Below are positions 12,966-26,811 of a stretch of DNA of 64,000 bases, piece by piece. The DNA comes from Trichosphaerium sp. ATCC 40318 (lineage: Eukaryota; Protista; Tubulinea). Location of the stretch: positions 62,001 to 126,000 of the forward strand of contig JALMLS010000353.1 in the NCBI GenBank assembly GCA_038496445.1, written 5' to 3'. Both the position numbers and the translations under genes were made by a program. Every line of letters starts with the position of its first letter. The stretch's first letter is position 1. The notes beneath the pieces were generated by a model. That model was not told the DNA's origin and did not search any database. It saw only the letters and a program-made list of their open reading frames with translations.

Positions 12966-13904
12966 ATGACGGTAACGACTCTCGTACTCTTCACCCTTGC
13001 TCTTGTCCTTCTAGTACGTACACCAACCGCCTACAAACTGCGAGCTCGAATTACAGAGCAGCGAGGCGCTAGTAGGATCCGATTTGGAGTAACTTATAAT
13101 TAGGCAGCGTCGAAACCTTGTTGTGTCTATGACGCTAGTACCGATAGTTGTATCGACGGTTCTTGTTCTCACCTAGGCGCTGGGCTTCCTAACGCTCTTC
13201 CTACAGTATGCAAACTGGTTAAAAAGACAGTTATCGGTACGTTATTAAAACAAAACCAAAAAAGCTTCATTAAAACCGTTTCGGTTTCTAACACGTGTCA
13301 AGATGGCCACTATGAGAAACGCTGTGCCTGCGTTGTTAAAGAAGATACCCCGTATCTTGTTACAACTAGTTGTGTAAAAGACAGGTTAGGCAATTGTCGG
13401 GATTCTCTTTGCAAAGCGCGAATGGGAAGACTTGGATTTGATGATGGTATTTGCTGGGACACCTCAGAAGGATGTCAATGTCTCATTTGCCATGATGAAA
13501 GAGAATGTTGTCAATTGGTCCGAAACGAGTGTAAAGATATATCATGCAGCAAACGTGGTGACGCTACTGATGTAAAAACTCGTTGCTTAAAGGTAGACAG
13601 ACCAACACCTTACGGTATGTCTGCAATGCTTTAGAAGTTGCTTCTTTTTTTTTACTTCAGAAAAAACTCTGACAACAAGTTGCTTCAAGGTACCCAAACT
13701 GATTGTTTGTGCGTTCCACGTAACACTGACTTGATTGGGGCATGCAAAACACCTCTTTCTACATCTCCACTTCAGTGCGAGGATGAAGGTTGCGCTGAAA
13801 AGCTCACTGGTAATGGATTCCGTAATATACTTGGATGTACTCATGCAAGAAGACCTCTTACAAGCCCAATAGATAGTAGATGCTTATGTTCTATTTGTGA
13901 TTAA
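12966..13904 (+). CDS. Secreted cysteine-rich protein, multi-exon
   Basis: Signal peptide MTVTTLVLFTLALVLL followed by Cys-dense exons (KPCCVYD…, CQCLIC…CC, CLCSICD*). Confidence 0.65.
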
Positions 13905-13986
13905 ATAAATAATATCACTCACTACCTCATATTGGACTTAAAATCGATAAAATTGAACTATAACTTACAGTTGTATTAAAAGAGAA

Positions 13987-14057
13987 AGCCTCAGGTAGGG
14001 TCGAACCTACAACCTTTAGTTCCGGAAACCACTGCTCTACCATTGAGCTACAAAGGC
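13987..14057 (-). tRNA. tRNA-Arg(CCG)-like, atypical or pseudogene
   Basis: GCCTTTG-TA-GCTC AATGGTA GAGC-A-GTGGT TTCCGGA ACTAA-AGGTT-GTAGG TTCGAC CCTAC-CTGAGGC, followed by a T run. Confidence 0.75.
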
Positions 14058-14633
14058 TTGCTGTTGACTGTAAGACCTGCTGTGTCAGATCGCGCTCGGA
14101 GTATACAAACATTATATAGGACGTGCAACTTGGGATACTAACGCTCAAGCTTCTCTCGGTTTTCGATTTTTATATTGACTTTTTGAAAATATTGAAAATA
14201 AATCTTAAGTTAGAAGTTGTGAGGTTTGTAGTACTGTTCACAGGTGAGTGGTTTATTGTGTTTGTTGACAAAGTAGTGCGTGTGTGATACTCTAAGTATT
14301 GTTTGAAGCGAGCTAGTACGTAATTAGGTTAGTTTAACACCTTTTAAGGATTGGTTTCACTGTACATACCACGTCATCTTGACAATATACTGTAATTGCG
14401 AGAACAAATAATGTAAGAAAGTGTAGTAACATTGGTGATTGCGTAGATGACTTTAAGGTTCTGCGAGCTTAACCAGCTGTTTAGGCACAATTAGAAAAAC
14501 AAAAGTCACTTTTCACATTAAAAACTTGCTTGGTCCCACAAGAAGTACAACAATATGTTGCAAGAGCAAAAAAAGGCTTCTTTTCAACATTAAAGTGCTG
14601 GGTCACGTGTTTTCAAACAGTTATTACTTTATA

Positions 14634-16472
14634 ATGACTTCCAAACGCCCTTACGCAGAATCAAATACTGTAGCCTCATTACAACAAGGACTAGCTATAG
14701 ACGACATACTTTACCATGTGACATTTTTTCTAGAGTTCAAAGACAGATTCAGGTGATTAAACATTAAAACCCGCCAACATAAACCACTCAAACTTTTTTG
14801 TAGGTTTCAAACAGTTTGTAACCAATGGTACAAAATAGCTTTTAAAACATGTCTAGAAGTACCAGAAGATGTCAGAGTGCCTGGTGAGTGGGTAATTAAG
14901 CGGTATCTATCACGATCAGGTCAGAAACAATACACTTTGAGCGAAGCTTCTTTGATGCCTCTCCTAACGGATTTCTTGGTACTACTCGCGCACTAGAGGA
15001 ACGTTAAGATTTTTGTAGTCTGATCCTAAGTGCCATCTATCTGAAATCAAGTTATATTGCTACGACGACGATGATATAGGTAAGTACAGTTGGGTTTTTC
15101 GGTCGCCTGACTTTTGTTAAATTTCTCAACGGTTTTCTTATTTTTTTTGTAGCTGATGAAGTTTATGATAAATTCTTCAACGCTTTGGCCTCTTGCAAAT
15201 CATGCCAAACTCTATTCACGAATATGGAAAATTCTGTTTCTAGATGTGCCGATTTAAACCATTTAACGAGTTTCTTTTGTCAACAGATACGCGTAAAGGC
15301 ACGTGATTTATTTTTGGCGCGAAAACAAATTCCCAGAAAACTTTTATCTTTTCTCATAAGAACTTGCAGTTTTTAACGAAATTAATACACAGGGTGATGA
15401 CCTAGTTAAATTATGTTCCAAAGGAAAATTAAGGAAGCTGTTTCTTAACAATAACAGACTTCCAATATCATCAATAAGCGCAATAAGTCAATGTAAAGAA
15501 CTGAGACATCTTCGACTTGGTTATCAAGGATTTCAAGATGAAGGTGTTAAGAAAATAGCTGATCTTATTGGTGAGCTACCTTCGATCAAAAAGGTAGAGA
15601 TTCAAGAACAATGTACTTTTGAGACAGCGGCAAGACTTCAAACAATTGCAACAAAAAGAAACATTGAAATAATAAGCAGTGGTGGCTTCAAAATGTACGA
15701 CAAGAACCCTTTTAAAGATATTTGCATTGTTAACAAGGATCAGTTTTTAGTACTGTATACTTACTTCGCCTTTAGTGATGGTGAGACAAGGTTTATTACT
15801 GCCACAATGACTGGACTCAAAGAATGTGAACCTACAGAAAATCCTTTCTATATTTCTCTTGATGATGTAACATTGGAACAAAAGCATGTAGATACGCCTT
15901 TAGAGCTCAAGTACAACACAACTTTTATCGTTTACATACATGTATAATACAATAACTAATGTTTTATTCAAGATATGGAGACTTGGTTGATACTGCAGAC
16001 TACAGGTTTGGTTGTATTCAATTTACTATACCATGCTTACAAAGTAAATTAGAGGTGTTGGTCTTTATGTTGTAGGGCGTAAGGTTACTGGAGAGTTAAT
16101 TCTTGAAAAGACAATTGGAGAATATGGCTACATGGTACGTTGAACTCATTGTTTCTTCGTGTTTGCAGGTTAGAAGCCGGTCGTTTTACTTTCTATTTTA
16201 GATTCCTCCTTCTTTCCATCATTTACCACGAAATTCGTGGAACGATCATGTTACTGATATTGGATGGGATGATGTTGACGAATACGGAGTGTACTATAAC
16301 GATGATGTATAAAGAGCTGCCAACAAAATCCAAAAAAAATACTAATTTGTTGTTGTTTTTTTTTTGTGTTGGTCCTTAGGAACGGACAAATTATCATTAT
16401 AATAGATTGTTGGGTTTCAAAAAAATAAGCCTAGGTTCACCAAAAACAAAAAGTGGTGCACTGGCGCAATAA
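14634..16472 (+). CDS. F-box + LRR-like protein, multi-exon (3' end approximate)
   Basis: IDDILYHVTFFLEFKDRFR/FQTVCNQW F-box; LRKLFLNNN and LRHLRLGYQGFQDEG LRR-like units. Confidence 0.65.
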
Positions 16473-16772
16473 AGATAAACGATTTAAATTAATTTGTAAA
16501 GTTTGTTGCAACTTGAAGTTTGTTTAATTATGGAGGTTATTTACGTTCTTCTTAGATTTTTCTTTGGCGAGTACTTGCGTATTATGTACACAGAACGCGA
16601 CAAAATAAATTGGCGTTCGACATTGATTTTTTGTGCTGCACAAACAAAAGAAAATCCGGTGGATTCCACCCTTTTAGACTTTTGCTGACTTTGTGTTTTC
16701 TGTTGCCGAAGTGTTACACTTACACCTCTTGTAGTGTTGACTTAGTACATGAACCTGTAGAACAACACAACC

Positions 16773-19700
16773 ATGGTAGGCCGTTTACAGCGTATTTGTA
16801 CAATTTACGCTTATTTTTACATTACTAGACGCTTAAATATCGCCTCAGCGGTTCTTTGGCCACATTGTCAGGTGTGGGCAGCTTTTTGATTATTTTATCA
16901 TACATACTCGTGAAAAACCTACGCAAACATCCGTACTCTATGATTTTATGGCTTTCGGTGTCGGACATGTGTCTAGCGTTAAAATTTGGTATAACGTCTG
17001 TTATTCCCGACTCTGAGAAGTACTTCTTTGTAAGCATAGTTACGTGTACTTACTGGTGGTAGTTTACAGTACAAAGAAGGCTGGTGTATTACTCAAGCCG
17101 CCTGGGTTCAATTCTTCGCTCTGGGTATGCCTGCGCAACATATTTAACCGTGAGAGAGGTGTCTGAGACATTAAATCTAAGTTGAAGACTCAGTAACTAC
17201 AAAACAACTTTTTGTTTTGCTTCTGTCAAATCATCGCTCACTTTGTTTTCCTCCAGCTTCTGTTTCGTGGACTGGCATGATATCTCTAAATTTGATACTA
17301 AAACTGAAGAATCCTTTCACAGATACATCAGCCTACGAAAAATGGTATCACGTTGTAGTATGGACTCTAAGTGTTACTACAACAATTGTACGAACATTCT
17401 CTCAATCTTTTTTTTTTTGAGTGTAATCACGTTTTTTTGTTGACATTTGTTTTTAGCTCTTTTGTACCCTTGGTGATCCTAAACCGAGCGGTGACGGAAC
17501 GTACGCATCGTTTTAACCTTTATATGTCATGTGATTAATTAAATGGACAAAAGTTGCTGGTTTGGTGCTAAGGATCCTTACTGGCGTTTCTTATTTTATA
17601 TACCTCTTGTTGTATATTGGATACTTGGTTTTGTTGCTCTAGGAGCAACATGGAAGCGCTTGAATAGGCTACAACTTTACGGCGTACGTATAATCATTAT
17701 GACGTACTTACATGCATCTAAAACGCTTTTAGTCAGTCCGTATGCTTGTAATCAGACAGTCTCTCTATGTACTTGGTATGTAACGGTTTTGTTGTTCTTA
17801 CATTTTGAGGAGTAAAGTGAAGTTAACTCATTTTTTTTTGTAGTGTTTTTCGTCTGCTGGAGTGCACCTCTAGCGCATCAATTGGCTCAATGGATAAGCC
17901 CTGATAAATTTAAAGCTGGTATTAGTTGTTGTATGTTAGTTCTTGGCTCACTGTTAAAACGTAGGTACATATAATGGCGTTCTAGTTTATCTTGATATTA
18001 TTGGACAAACATCTCAAGTACGCCAGTTTCTTTGATGTTGATGTTGAATATTGACTGTTGATTGATTAGGGATTCTGGAACGCTCTTGTTTGGATTACAT
18101 CTCCTGCTTTCTTTGTGGCAGTATATTATGGTATTATAAAGAAGTACCTAAAATGTTTTGACTGTTGGAAGGGTGGCAATTCAGAAAATGAGGTAAGCTT
18201 TTATTATTAGCTGTTGTCACAGAAATGAAAAAAGTAAAGTACAGTTTTTGTTGGTGCTTACTCTGGGTATTAGAAAGAATTTTTGTTAAAGATTGAACAA
18301 CAAGATTTTGTACATATAGACGCGATCTTAAGAAAGAATATCATTACAGGCAAGCTTGGTTTATCTGCAAATCATCTTGGAACAAAATTAACTGGCTATT
18401 TTCACTGTGCGCGAATGATCTAGCTTACTTTGTTGTAGGACTCCTAACTGGTATTGCTGACTCGGTAAGTTACTAAAGTTTTTGTTGATTGTTGTGTATT
18501 TGTACTTAACGTGATATAAGGTAGCAAGGATGCGAGATGAGCCTCAAAATATAACTTCTAACTCGCCTTTGTTTAAAGAAATTAGTCAAGATAAAAAGCG
18601 TGTGTATGTGGACCAAATACTTGTAACGTGATTTTGTTTTTGTTAAAATAATATTAGGTACAACCCTGGCGATATGGATCACCTTTCTAGTACAGGACTC
18701 GCCATAGAAACAGTTGTGCGTATCAAACTCAACAACCAAAAGAAATAAATAAATTCTATTTAGAATCGTCACTCAAGGCCTGGTCCAACTGCCTCATTCG
18801 AATTCTCTTTCACCGACTACGCTCCTAGTGTACGTTTAGCTATTAATTATTATTTCGTGTCATATCAATGTGTCAGCAACACGTTTAAACACAACATATT
18901 TGTATTCATCTAACGTGACTATTTAGGTGTTTCATCAGCTTCGCTTGCAAGCTGGAATGGATTCTAAAACGTATATGGTAATTATAAAGCTATTTTGATA
19001 ATATTTGGGTTCTAACTTAGTTTATAAAAGAGTTCTCTTGACCCAGCAGTGTTCCTTAAAAACTTTGCAAGTCAAAAATTTTCTGCTGGAAAGAGTGGGA
19101 GTTTCTTCTGTTTCTCTCCTGACAAGAAATTGGCTGTAAAGACAGTATCTCATAGTGAGACAAAGTTGTTGGTTAAAATACTTCCACACTACTACAGGGT
19201 ACGCAGGAAACGACAAAAAAAAAATAGATTTCACAACGAAAAGACCCCAGTTCAATTTTTTTTGAATTTCAAACGCAAAGATTTTCTGGTATTGATTTTA
19301 ACCCTTTGTATAGCATTTGCAGACGTTCCCTTCTTCCTTACTGAACCGATTCTATGGTTGTTATAAGTTAAAGTTATCACGACTTGACCCAATATACGTC
19401 ATAGTAATTAATAATATTTTTATGTCAGCACCAAAATTATCAAGCACTTTTGACCTCAAAGTACGTTCTACGATTCATCTATTTCATACATAATGGCTTA
19501 AATTATCTAAACTTATCATTTAAAAAAGGGTTCATGGGTAGCTAGAAAAGCAGATCCAGGTGAGAGCCTTGGAAAGGATAACGACTTTGTTGAACAGAAC
19601 CTTAAAATTAAAATTGCAGAAGAAGAACGAACACAACTAATGCAAATGCTAAATGTTGATGCTAACGTACGTTAATATAATACTGTTGTCGCAATTTTAC

Positions 19701-20439
19701 GGGTTCAAAAAACAAACCAAATGAACTCAACCGGCAAACTACTTAAGCTCTGTTAATCAATTTTTTCTCCTTAGTTTTTAAGACATGTGAACATCATGGA
19801 CTACTCAGTGTTGCTTGGTATATGCAAGCATGATAGAAAGTCTACAAATAGTACATCGTATCAATTAAGACCTTTAAATGTCTCTGGTGGTGTATCTATT
19901 GCAAGGTACGTGGTTGCAAGTGTAACACCGTTTTCCTTTTCGCGCAGGAAAAAATATTAATTTTTTTTTGGAAATAGGACGCTTAGCCAAGAGCAAGTAC
20001 AAAGCGGTCTTGAATCAAGTGACGGACGTGAAGTTTATTATATTGGTATTATAGATGTTTTACAGTCATACAATTTTTCAAAAAAGGCTGAACGCCTTGC
20101 AAAGGTTTACTTGAAGTGTGTAGATAAGGTAATTAGTTTTGGTGTATATTTTTTGACTTTGAATCTCCGCTGGGTGGCTGGTAATTTAGTATTAATTTAA
20201 TGTATAGAATGGTGTATCAGTGCAACATCCAAGACAATATGCGGAGAGATTTTTATCATTCTTTGAGGAGCACATTATCAGCCCCAATGATAATTGTACG
20301 TTTTTTCTTTAAACAAGTTGTTTTATGCATCACCAACATTAATTTAATATCCTTCTTTTTAGTATATCAAGATTCTGGAACTACAATACCTTTATTCTCT
20401 AATGACACTGAGGATAGAGAATTACTCATTAAGCCTTGA
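16773..20439 (+). CDS. GPCR-PIPK fusion (7TM receptor + PI4P 5-kinase; RpkA-like)
   Basis: cAMP-receptor-like TMs (LRKHPYSMILWLSVSD, YEKWYHVVVW, CWF, SQGFWNALVW), then GKSGSFF…KT, FDLKGS, KDNDF, MDYSVLLG, GIIDVLQSY. Confidence 0.9.
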
Positions 20440-20889
20440 AAGAAAAAACCGAAAAAAGTAAGAAGAAAAAAAAGATTACTTTACAACTTGTACAGAAATA
20501 AAAAAATCGAACTTGTACATTGTCCACATTCTGCTTCTTGATGTATTTATGTTGGAGACTCATAAAAGAATCAAACGCGTTTATGTAGGTCAGTTTGAGG
20601 CGGTTGAGAAAGTACCCTTGTAAGCTGTTTTGGCTCCAGATTTGATGGTCAAATCCGTTATTTTAAGTTGCCACAGCCTATTACCGCTTAACGCGGTGTA
20701 ATTACCTCTTAAACAACCACTGGAACTTTGGTTTATACAGTGGCATCATTCGTGCTTCTTTGTTGTGCATTCTAGGTTTTGTCAACGCGCGGCAAGTTTA
20801 CATTGCGTATAATGTCATCTAACGTATGTGATGCGCGATTGGTATCCTTTAATCAACGCTCGGTCCAATCACTGACTTTTTTGAATAGA

Positions 20890-23397
20890 ATGACTCCCAA
20901 AGGAGCCCATTCCGCGTTAAGGAAGAGAATAAGGCGAATCTAGGCGAATTTGGCATTCCAAAGCCAGCCAAACGTAAAGCAAATTACACATTGACCAGCC
21001 CGACATCAAAGAGGCTTAAAACAAAGAATAACGCCGATTTCATCAAACAGCGACCACATTTGCAAAGATTCGGATCGAACGAGTGGAGTAAGATTTTATC
21101 GAAACCGAAAAGCTGTATTAACCCTCACACAGATGTTGATGACATTGACATGGATGAAGTGGAGCTACCAGATGATGACTTAGCTGACTTTGCAGTTTTC
21201 TACACGCCAAAGAAAGAAACGAAAGCAACCCTGTTAACAAAAGTCAAGATACCAAAAAAAGAATCATCGACATCTTCCAAATCAAAAGACTTAGACCCTA
21301 TTATGAATGATGATAGTGATGAAGAAGACTGTGTTATTATATCACAATCAAGCCCGCCCATAAAGAAAGAGCCTAAGCGAGTTATCAAGCGTACTAGGAG
21401 TGCACCTGGAACGCCAGTTGGAAAGTTAAGAGACACAAAATTAACAAGTTTTTTCCGTTCTCCAACACCAAAGAAAAGAACATTGAGTAGACGTAACTCC
21501 ATGCCTGCTACTGGAGGTACACTGACCGGATGGTTGGGCATCAAAAACTCTATCAAAGCACCTCCTGTGTCACCCAAAGCTACATCTAAAAAAAGCCCTG
21601 CCAAGACTCCTAAAAAGCGTGGCTTTTGGGGTAGTGTTAAACCTGTCAAGTCTCCTACTGGAGCAATACAGAAGCGCGGAAATGGTAAGAAAAGACCAGT
21701 ACCTTATTACAAGAAAGTACCTAACACTGTCTTCATTGGTGCGCTTGTACTGGTTTTTTGTGTTTAAACTAATTTTGTTTTAAAAGTTGATGGGTTCAGT
21801 GGAGCTTATGAGACACTCCCTGAAGGTGGTGTATATTTCTTGACTCACTTTCATAGTGATCACTATGGCGGACTATCCAAAAAGTTTAACCGTGGCACTA
21901 TATGTACGATACTAGTGGTTTTAAAGCAAGTTGGTTTTTCTCATTTTGTTTGGGTATAGATTGTACCAGTATCACTAAAAAATTGGTTGTTATGAGGTTG
22001 GGCGTTAATCCAGATTGCATTACAGGTACTTTGTTAGTCTTTGTTGTTATTTAATGAACTCTCTTAGTTATTCCAATGAACACAGAGGTTATGGTTAAAG
22101 GAGTTGTTGTTAACATTTATTGATGCTCATCATTGTCCAGGTATTCTTTTGTTATAAAACATTTGATATCTGGCTTACGCTTATGCTAGGTGCTGCTATG
22201 ATTTTGTTTAAGTTTCCCAATGGCCATACACATTTACATTCTGGGGATTGTCGATTCAATATGTACTGTTTTATAGACTTGTTGGCTTGTTTCTTTCGTT
22301 TTTTGTTTTGTGAAATTGTTTTTCATGTTCCTTGCTTTTTCAGGCTGACAGTGACTAACTGGTTTCGTTTTAGAAACCTCGAAGATCATAAAATGCTTTC
22401 AAAGATAAATATAACTAACTTGTACTTGGATACAACTTATTGCAAGCCAGAACACTCGTTTCCAAAGCAAACTGAGGTATTTACAGTTTTTCCTTCTTTG
22501 TTATTTGACTTATAGCTTTGTTCAGATTATAAATGCTGTAATGAACATAATCGCAGATCAAAAGCGTATTGGTGGTACAGGATTTTTGTTTGGCACTTAC
22601 ACAATTGGTACCTACAGTGATTTTGAGAAAGTCTTGGTTTTTTTTTAACAGTTTTTTTTCTCAGGTAAAGAAAAACTTTTCCTTGAGGCAGCTCGTATCT
22701 ATGGTATGCGTATATACGCAAAACCTGACAAGTAAGAAATAGTGGAGTTATTGTATTGTTAATATTGTATATAGGCGTAAAATACTGGATCAGTTGGAGC
22801 TACCTAAAAGTATTACAGATTTGTTTACTACTCAAAAACATCTTGCACAAATTCACGTTGTTTCTATGAAGCAAGTGACACTACCAAGTACTTGAGTTTG
22901 TTGTGGTTTATGTTGATATTAACTATTATTTTGATTAGACTTGGAGATGTATATTAGAGACAATAAGTACTTTAGAAGACTCGTTGCGTTTTGTCCTACT
23001 GGATGGAATTTTTCGAAAGGAAAAAGACAAAAAAGAGATAGTACACCCTTTTATACTATTCATCGAGGTCGGTTTGGTAATACTCTAAAGTATAGCGTTC
23101 CTTATAGGTACAAAGATTGATACTATTTGAAGAAGAGCGGATTCTTGAAGCTTTGAGATTTGTTGTGTTTTTTCTTTTTTTTTTTACGGTTTTGTAACAC
23201 GTGTTTTTTCTATAGTGAGCATTCTAGCTTTAGTGAACTTAGAGAGTTTGTTAAAGTTGCGAAACCTAAGTGGATTATTCCTACTGTAAATAATAAAGGG
23301 TGGGATGCAACTCAGGTACAAATACTTTGAAAATGTTTTGAGTGATTGTCTTTGTTCTTATGTTATTATTTAGCGTATGGTTAACATGCTAAGATGA
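20890..23397 (+). CDS. DCLRE1A: DNA cross-link repair nuclease SNM1/PSO2 (MBL/beta-CASP)
   Basis: FLTHFHSDHYGGL, DAHHCPGA, HSGDCRF, LYLDTTY, GKEK, PTGW, VPYSEHSSF, IIPTVN. Confidence 0.88.
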
Positions 23398-23633
23398 TTG
23401 CAATGATGTAGCACACAATATTGCTTATGAAACTAAACACACCCCTATGTAACAATAGAAACAACCCTGTTATGAAAATGAATTACAAAAATCACGTGAT
23501 TGTTACATGAAATTCAGAAAAGTTGAGACTTTTTCATGTGACTAAACCCATTCAGAGATACTTATGTTGGTTTAACCTTAATCTCCCAGAAGTATTTTGC
23601 TGTCGTCTTGTAATCAGCAGCATTTAATAGGTA

Positions 23634-26600
23634 ATGGATAGATTTTGGACAGTTGAAGAAGTGTGCAGCTGGTTAAAGCTTAACGGCGTTGATAACGTTG
23701 AAAGTATAAGGTTTGTTTCGCTGTTTATGTCCAAACGGTGTAATTCGATTATAGACAGCATAAAATCAATGGAGAAACATTAATGGTACTAACAAAGCCT
23801 ACGTTGATGAATAATCTTGGCTTCAACGAGCGTATGAACATCATATTTTATTATTATTTTGGGCTTGGTTTAACAACAGCTCATTGCTTACAGGAACCAG
23901 TCAGAGCATCCTAGATAAAATAGCATATCTACGTAATACTTTGTATGCCAAGCAATCTCAGATCTACACGTCAGAAGTACGGTACAACTTGTTATTGAAG
24001 TTAAGTTATGATAGTTTGAAACAAATCAAAGAAAGTGTTCTTTGTCTCCGACAACAAAGCGAGCAAAGTTAATCGCAGCCCCACCTGTACAAGACAATAC
24101 GATGGTATGTAATTTACTAGTGAACGGTTGGTATCTATCTTACAGCTGCTCTAGATTCACGACCTACCTTTAGAAGTTCTAGTTCACATTCTTGGTTTCA
24201 TTCCAACAGAACATGCTGGAAAATGCAGACAAGTTTGTCATTGTTGGTTTGCCGTATGCATAGAGCATCTACGCCAAGTAACCTATGTTGATCTTACGTC
24301 AAAAGGTAAGAGTGAAATATAGCGTCCAACGTTTCCTCTAATTAACTCTGTTCCCAAAGGGAGTAAACCACGTGCTGAACTTCGTGCATTGATGAATAAA
24401 AAGAGTATTCATGAGCTTACAATAAGATGTTTGGTTGAGTTGTTTCCAACTCTTACTACGTAGCCCTAGGATCTTATCAACAATCACGTGACTTGTTTAC
24501 TCTAGGGAATTGATTGACATGACTTCTGACTTTACTTCAACAGATGCACTGGTTAGTTGTCGAACTGCGCTTTGGTATTCTTACACGTGTTTTAGAGTAT
24601 TGAGGTCAGTCAGATCTCAAACAAACTATCAATGGAGTGGCTTGCCTTGGTATTAAACTATATACCTCTTACAAAGCTATCGTTAAAGAGACTTCCTTCA
24701 GCTGAAGAAGTATTGCTTTTCTGCTATGAACAGTACCTACTAAATAATGTTATTTCTAATTCACGTTAAACTAGTGGTGGTTTGGACAAACTGGAGCACT
24801 TGGAATGTACTTTGGAGCATGCAAGCAACCAATTTTTAGATTCAATTGCTACACAGTACGTCTGGTCTTTGTGGAGGTGTAATTGATTGTTTAGGTTAAA
24901 AGATCTACGTTGTAAGACCAACGAGTTTACGGCGATAAGCAAGAAAGTAGCAAAGCTAACGAACTTGCAATCGTTGTCTATTATGCCTGTATCAGTTGTA
25001 CGAGACTTTACACTACCCAGAGTGGAATGGCGCCTTCCTAAACAGCTCAAGTACTTTTGTTTATTATTTGTTTGGTTGTACTTAGTATAACCTTAACAGG
25101 AAGCTGCAGTTAACCTGTGAGAACTATTTAACTCTAGATTGCCCTAATCTCAGGGTTCTATATTTTACTGTAGAAGATCAAGCGTGGATGGGTGTAGTAC
25201 GTAAAAACCTTTACTTTAACAACTCTTTACAGCTTCAAACTAGAATACAATACTTTTCGGGCTTGTGACACAACTTCAGGAGCTGAGTTACTCCACAGCT
25301 TATGGAACTTCTGGGACTATTTCTGGTAGTATGGTATCAACAACTCTTCAACACCTAACGCTTAAATCTTTTTGCCTAAAAAAGGTACACAAGCTGTTAT
25401 CTTTTCAAAAGTAATATATTTTCAACAGATAGAAATAACTGCACCTAAACTCAAGACAGCACAAATACTTGGCACAAAGTCTTTACACCTTAATTGTGAA
25501 TCTCTTTCTAAGCTTTCAACGCATGACGATTATTCAGGCTATTTCCCTAACCTTAGCGTGTTCACAGGAAAGCAGTACGTACCACACAGTAATAACTTAC
25601 ACTTCTTAATAAGTCGGTTTCTTTTAAGTGTCCCTCCAACAGTAGAAGTTTTACAAGCCGACGAGCTTGACTACCGGGGAATGAAATACTTAAAATATGC
25701 ATGCTTCCTCTATAACTATGAAATCATACGAGATATTGAACTTGTGCCATCATTGAAGTATTTCATAGTCAACAGTTCATCCAATACTTCAATAAGCAAC
25801 AGAAATATCATCTATCTCTCAAACTTTAGTCTGAATACAGATACGATCAGTGAAGCAGATTTCGTTGTTGATTGTCCTTCGTTGGTGTGTTGTTTTATCA
25901 CTAATACATTGCTTTTTTTTGACCATTCTTTAGTTGACTTTAGCGTTGAAGAAGTTATCACGTTTTCCTCTTATTTCTTTGGTAACGACGAATATAAGAC
26001 ACTTGGAGCTACATAAAATACAAAAGTTTGATCCTTTAGTATGTAGGGTCACTATAAGGCAGTTGAAGCACTTGAAAACACTCATTCTTTTTCGTTTCAC
26101 TGAATATTTGGTTGACGTAATTACTATTCAAAATGATTCACTTCAAACTGTTGGTAAGTAAACCCACGTTCAAGTAATATTCTAAAGACTGCTCTAATTT
26201 TAGCGTTGTCAGATGAAGTAGATGAACAATGTGAAGTTGTTGTTAACAAGTTAATCCTTCAAACACCTAACCTTGTTTCACTCTTTGTTGATAGCGTAAA
26301 ATGTAAAGAAATCACGTGGGGAGATAAACCAATGACCAAGCTATACTCAGTACATTTGCAAGGTATACATCTAGATGATCATATATGCAAACCAGGTTCT
26401 CCTTTTCCTTTCCCGTCTATAAGACACCTTTGCTTGAAGCAATCAGTATTCACTTTAAAGTTGCTTAAACAAATTGTACACAATTGCAAGTATTTAAAGT
26501 CGGTACGTGCCTACAGCTTGCAAACAAGAATATCCAATGACTCATTGTTATGTTAAAGGTGGACTTGTCTGATTGTACAGATTTTGCTGAAAAGATGGAA

Positions 26601-26732
26601 TTTATTGAGAAGAAGGCAAATTGCAATTCAACGAATGTGACTGCGATTAGAATCCCACATAGATATGACGATATGCCTGAGCTCATTGCGTATGAAAGAG
26701 ACTTAGATGCACAATCATGGATGAATTTCTAG
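23634..26732 (+). CDS. SAM + F-box + LRR protein, multi-exon
   Basis: WTVEEVCSWL…INGETLMVLT…LG (SAM), DLPLEVLVHILGFI…RQVCHCW (F-box), many LxxLxL repeats. Confidence 0.7.
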
Positions 26733-26811
26733 TGTGAACAGGAAGTGAAATGGCAAACAAATTAGCTAGAAAGACAAGGTTGATTGAATTTTGTATTTTA
26801 CAGTAAAAGTT

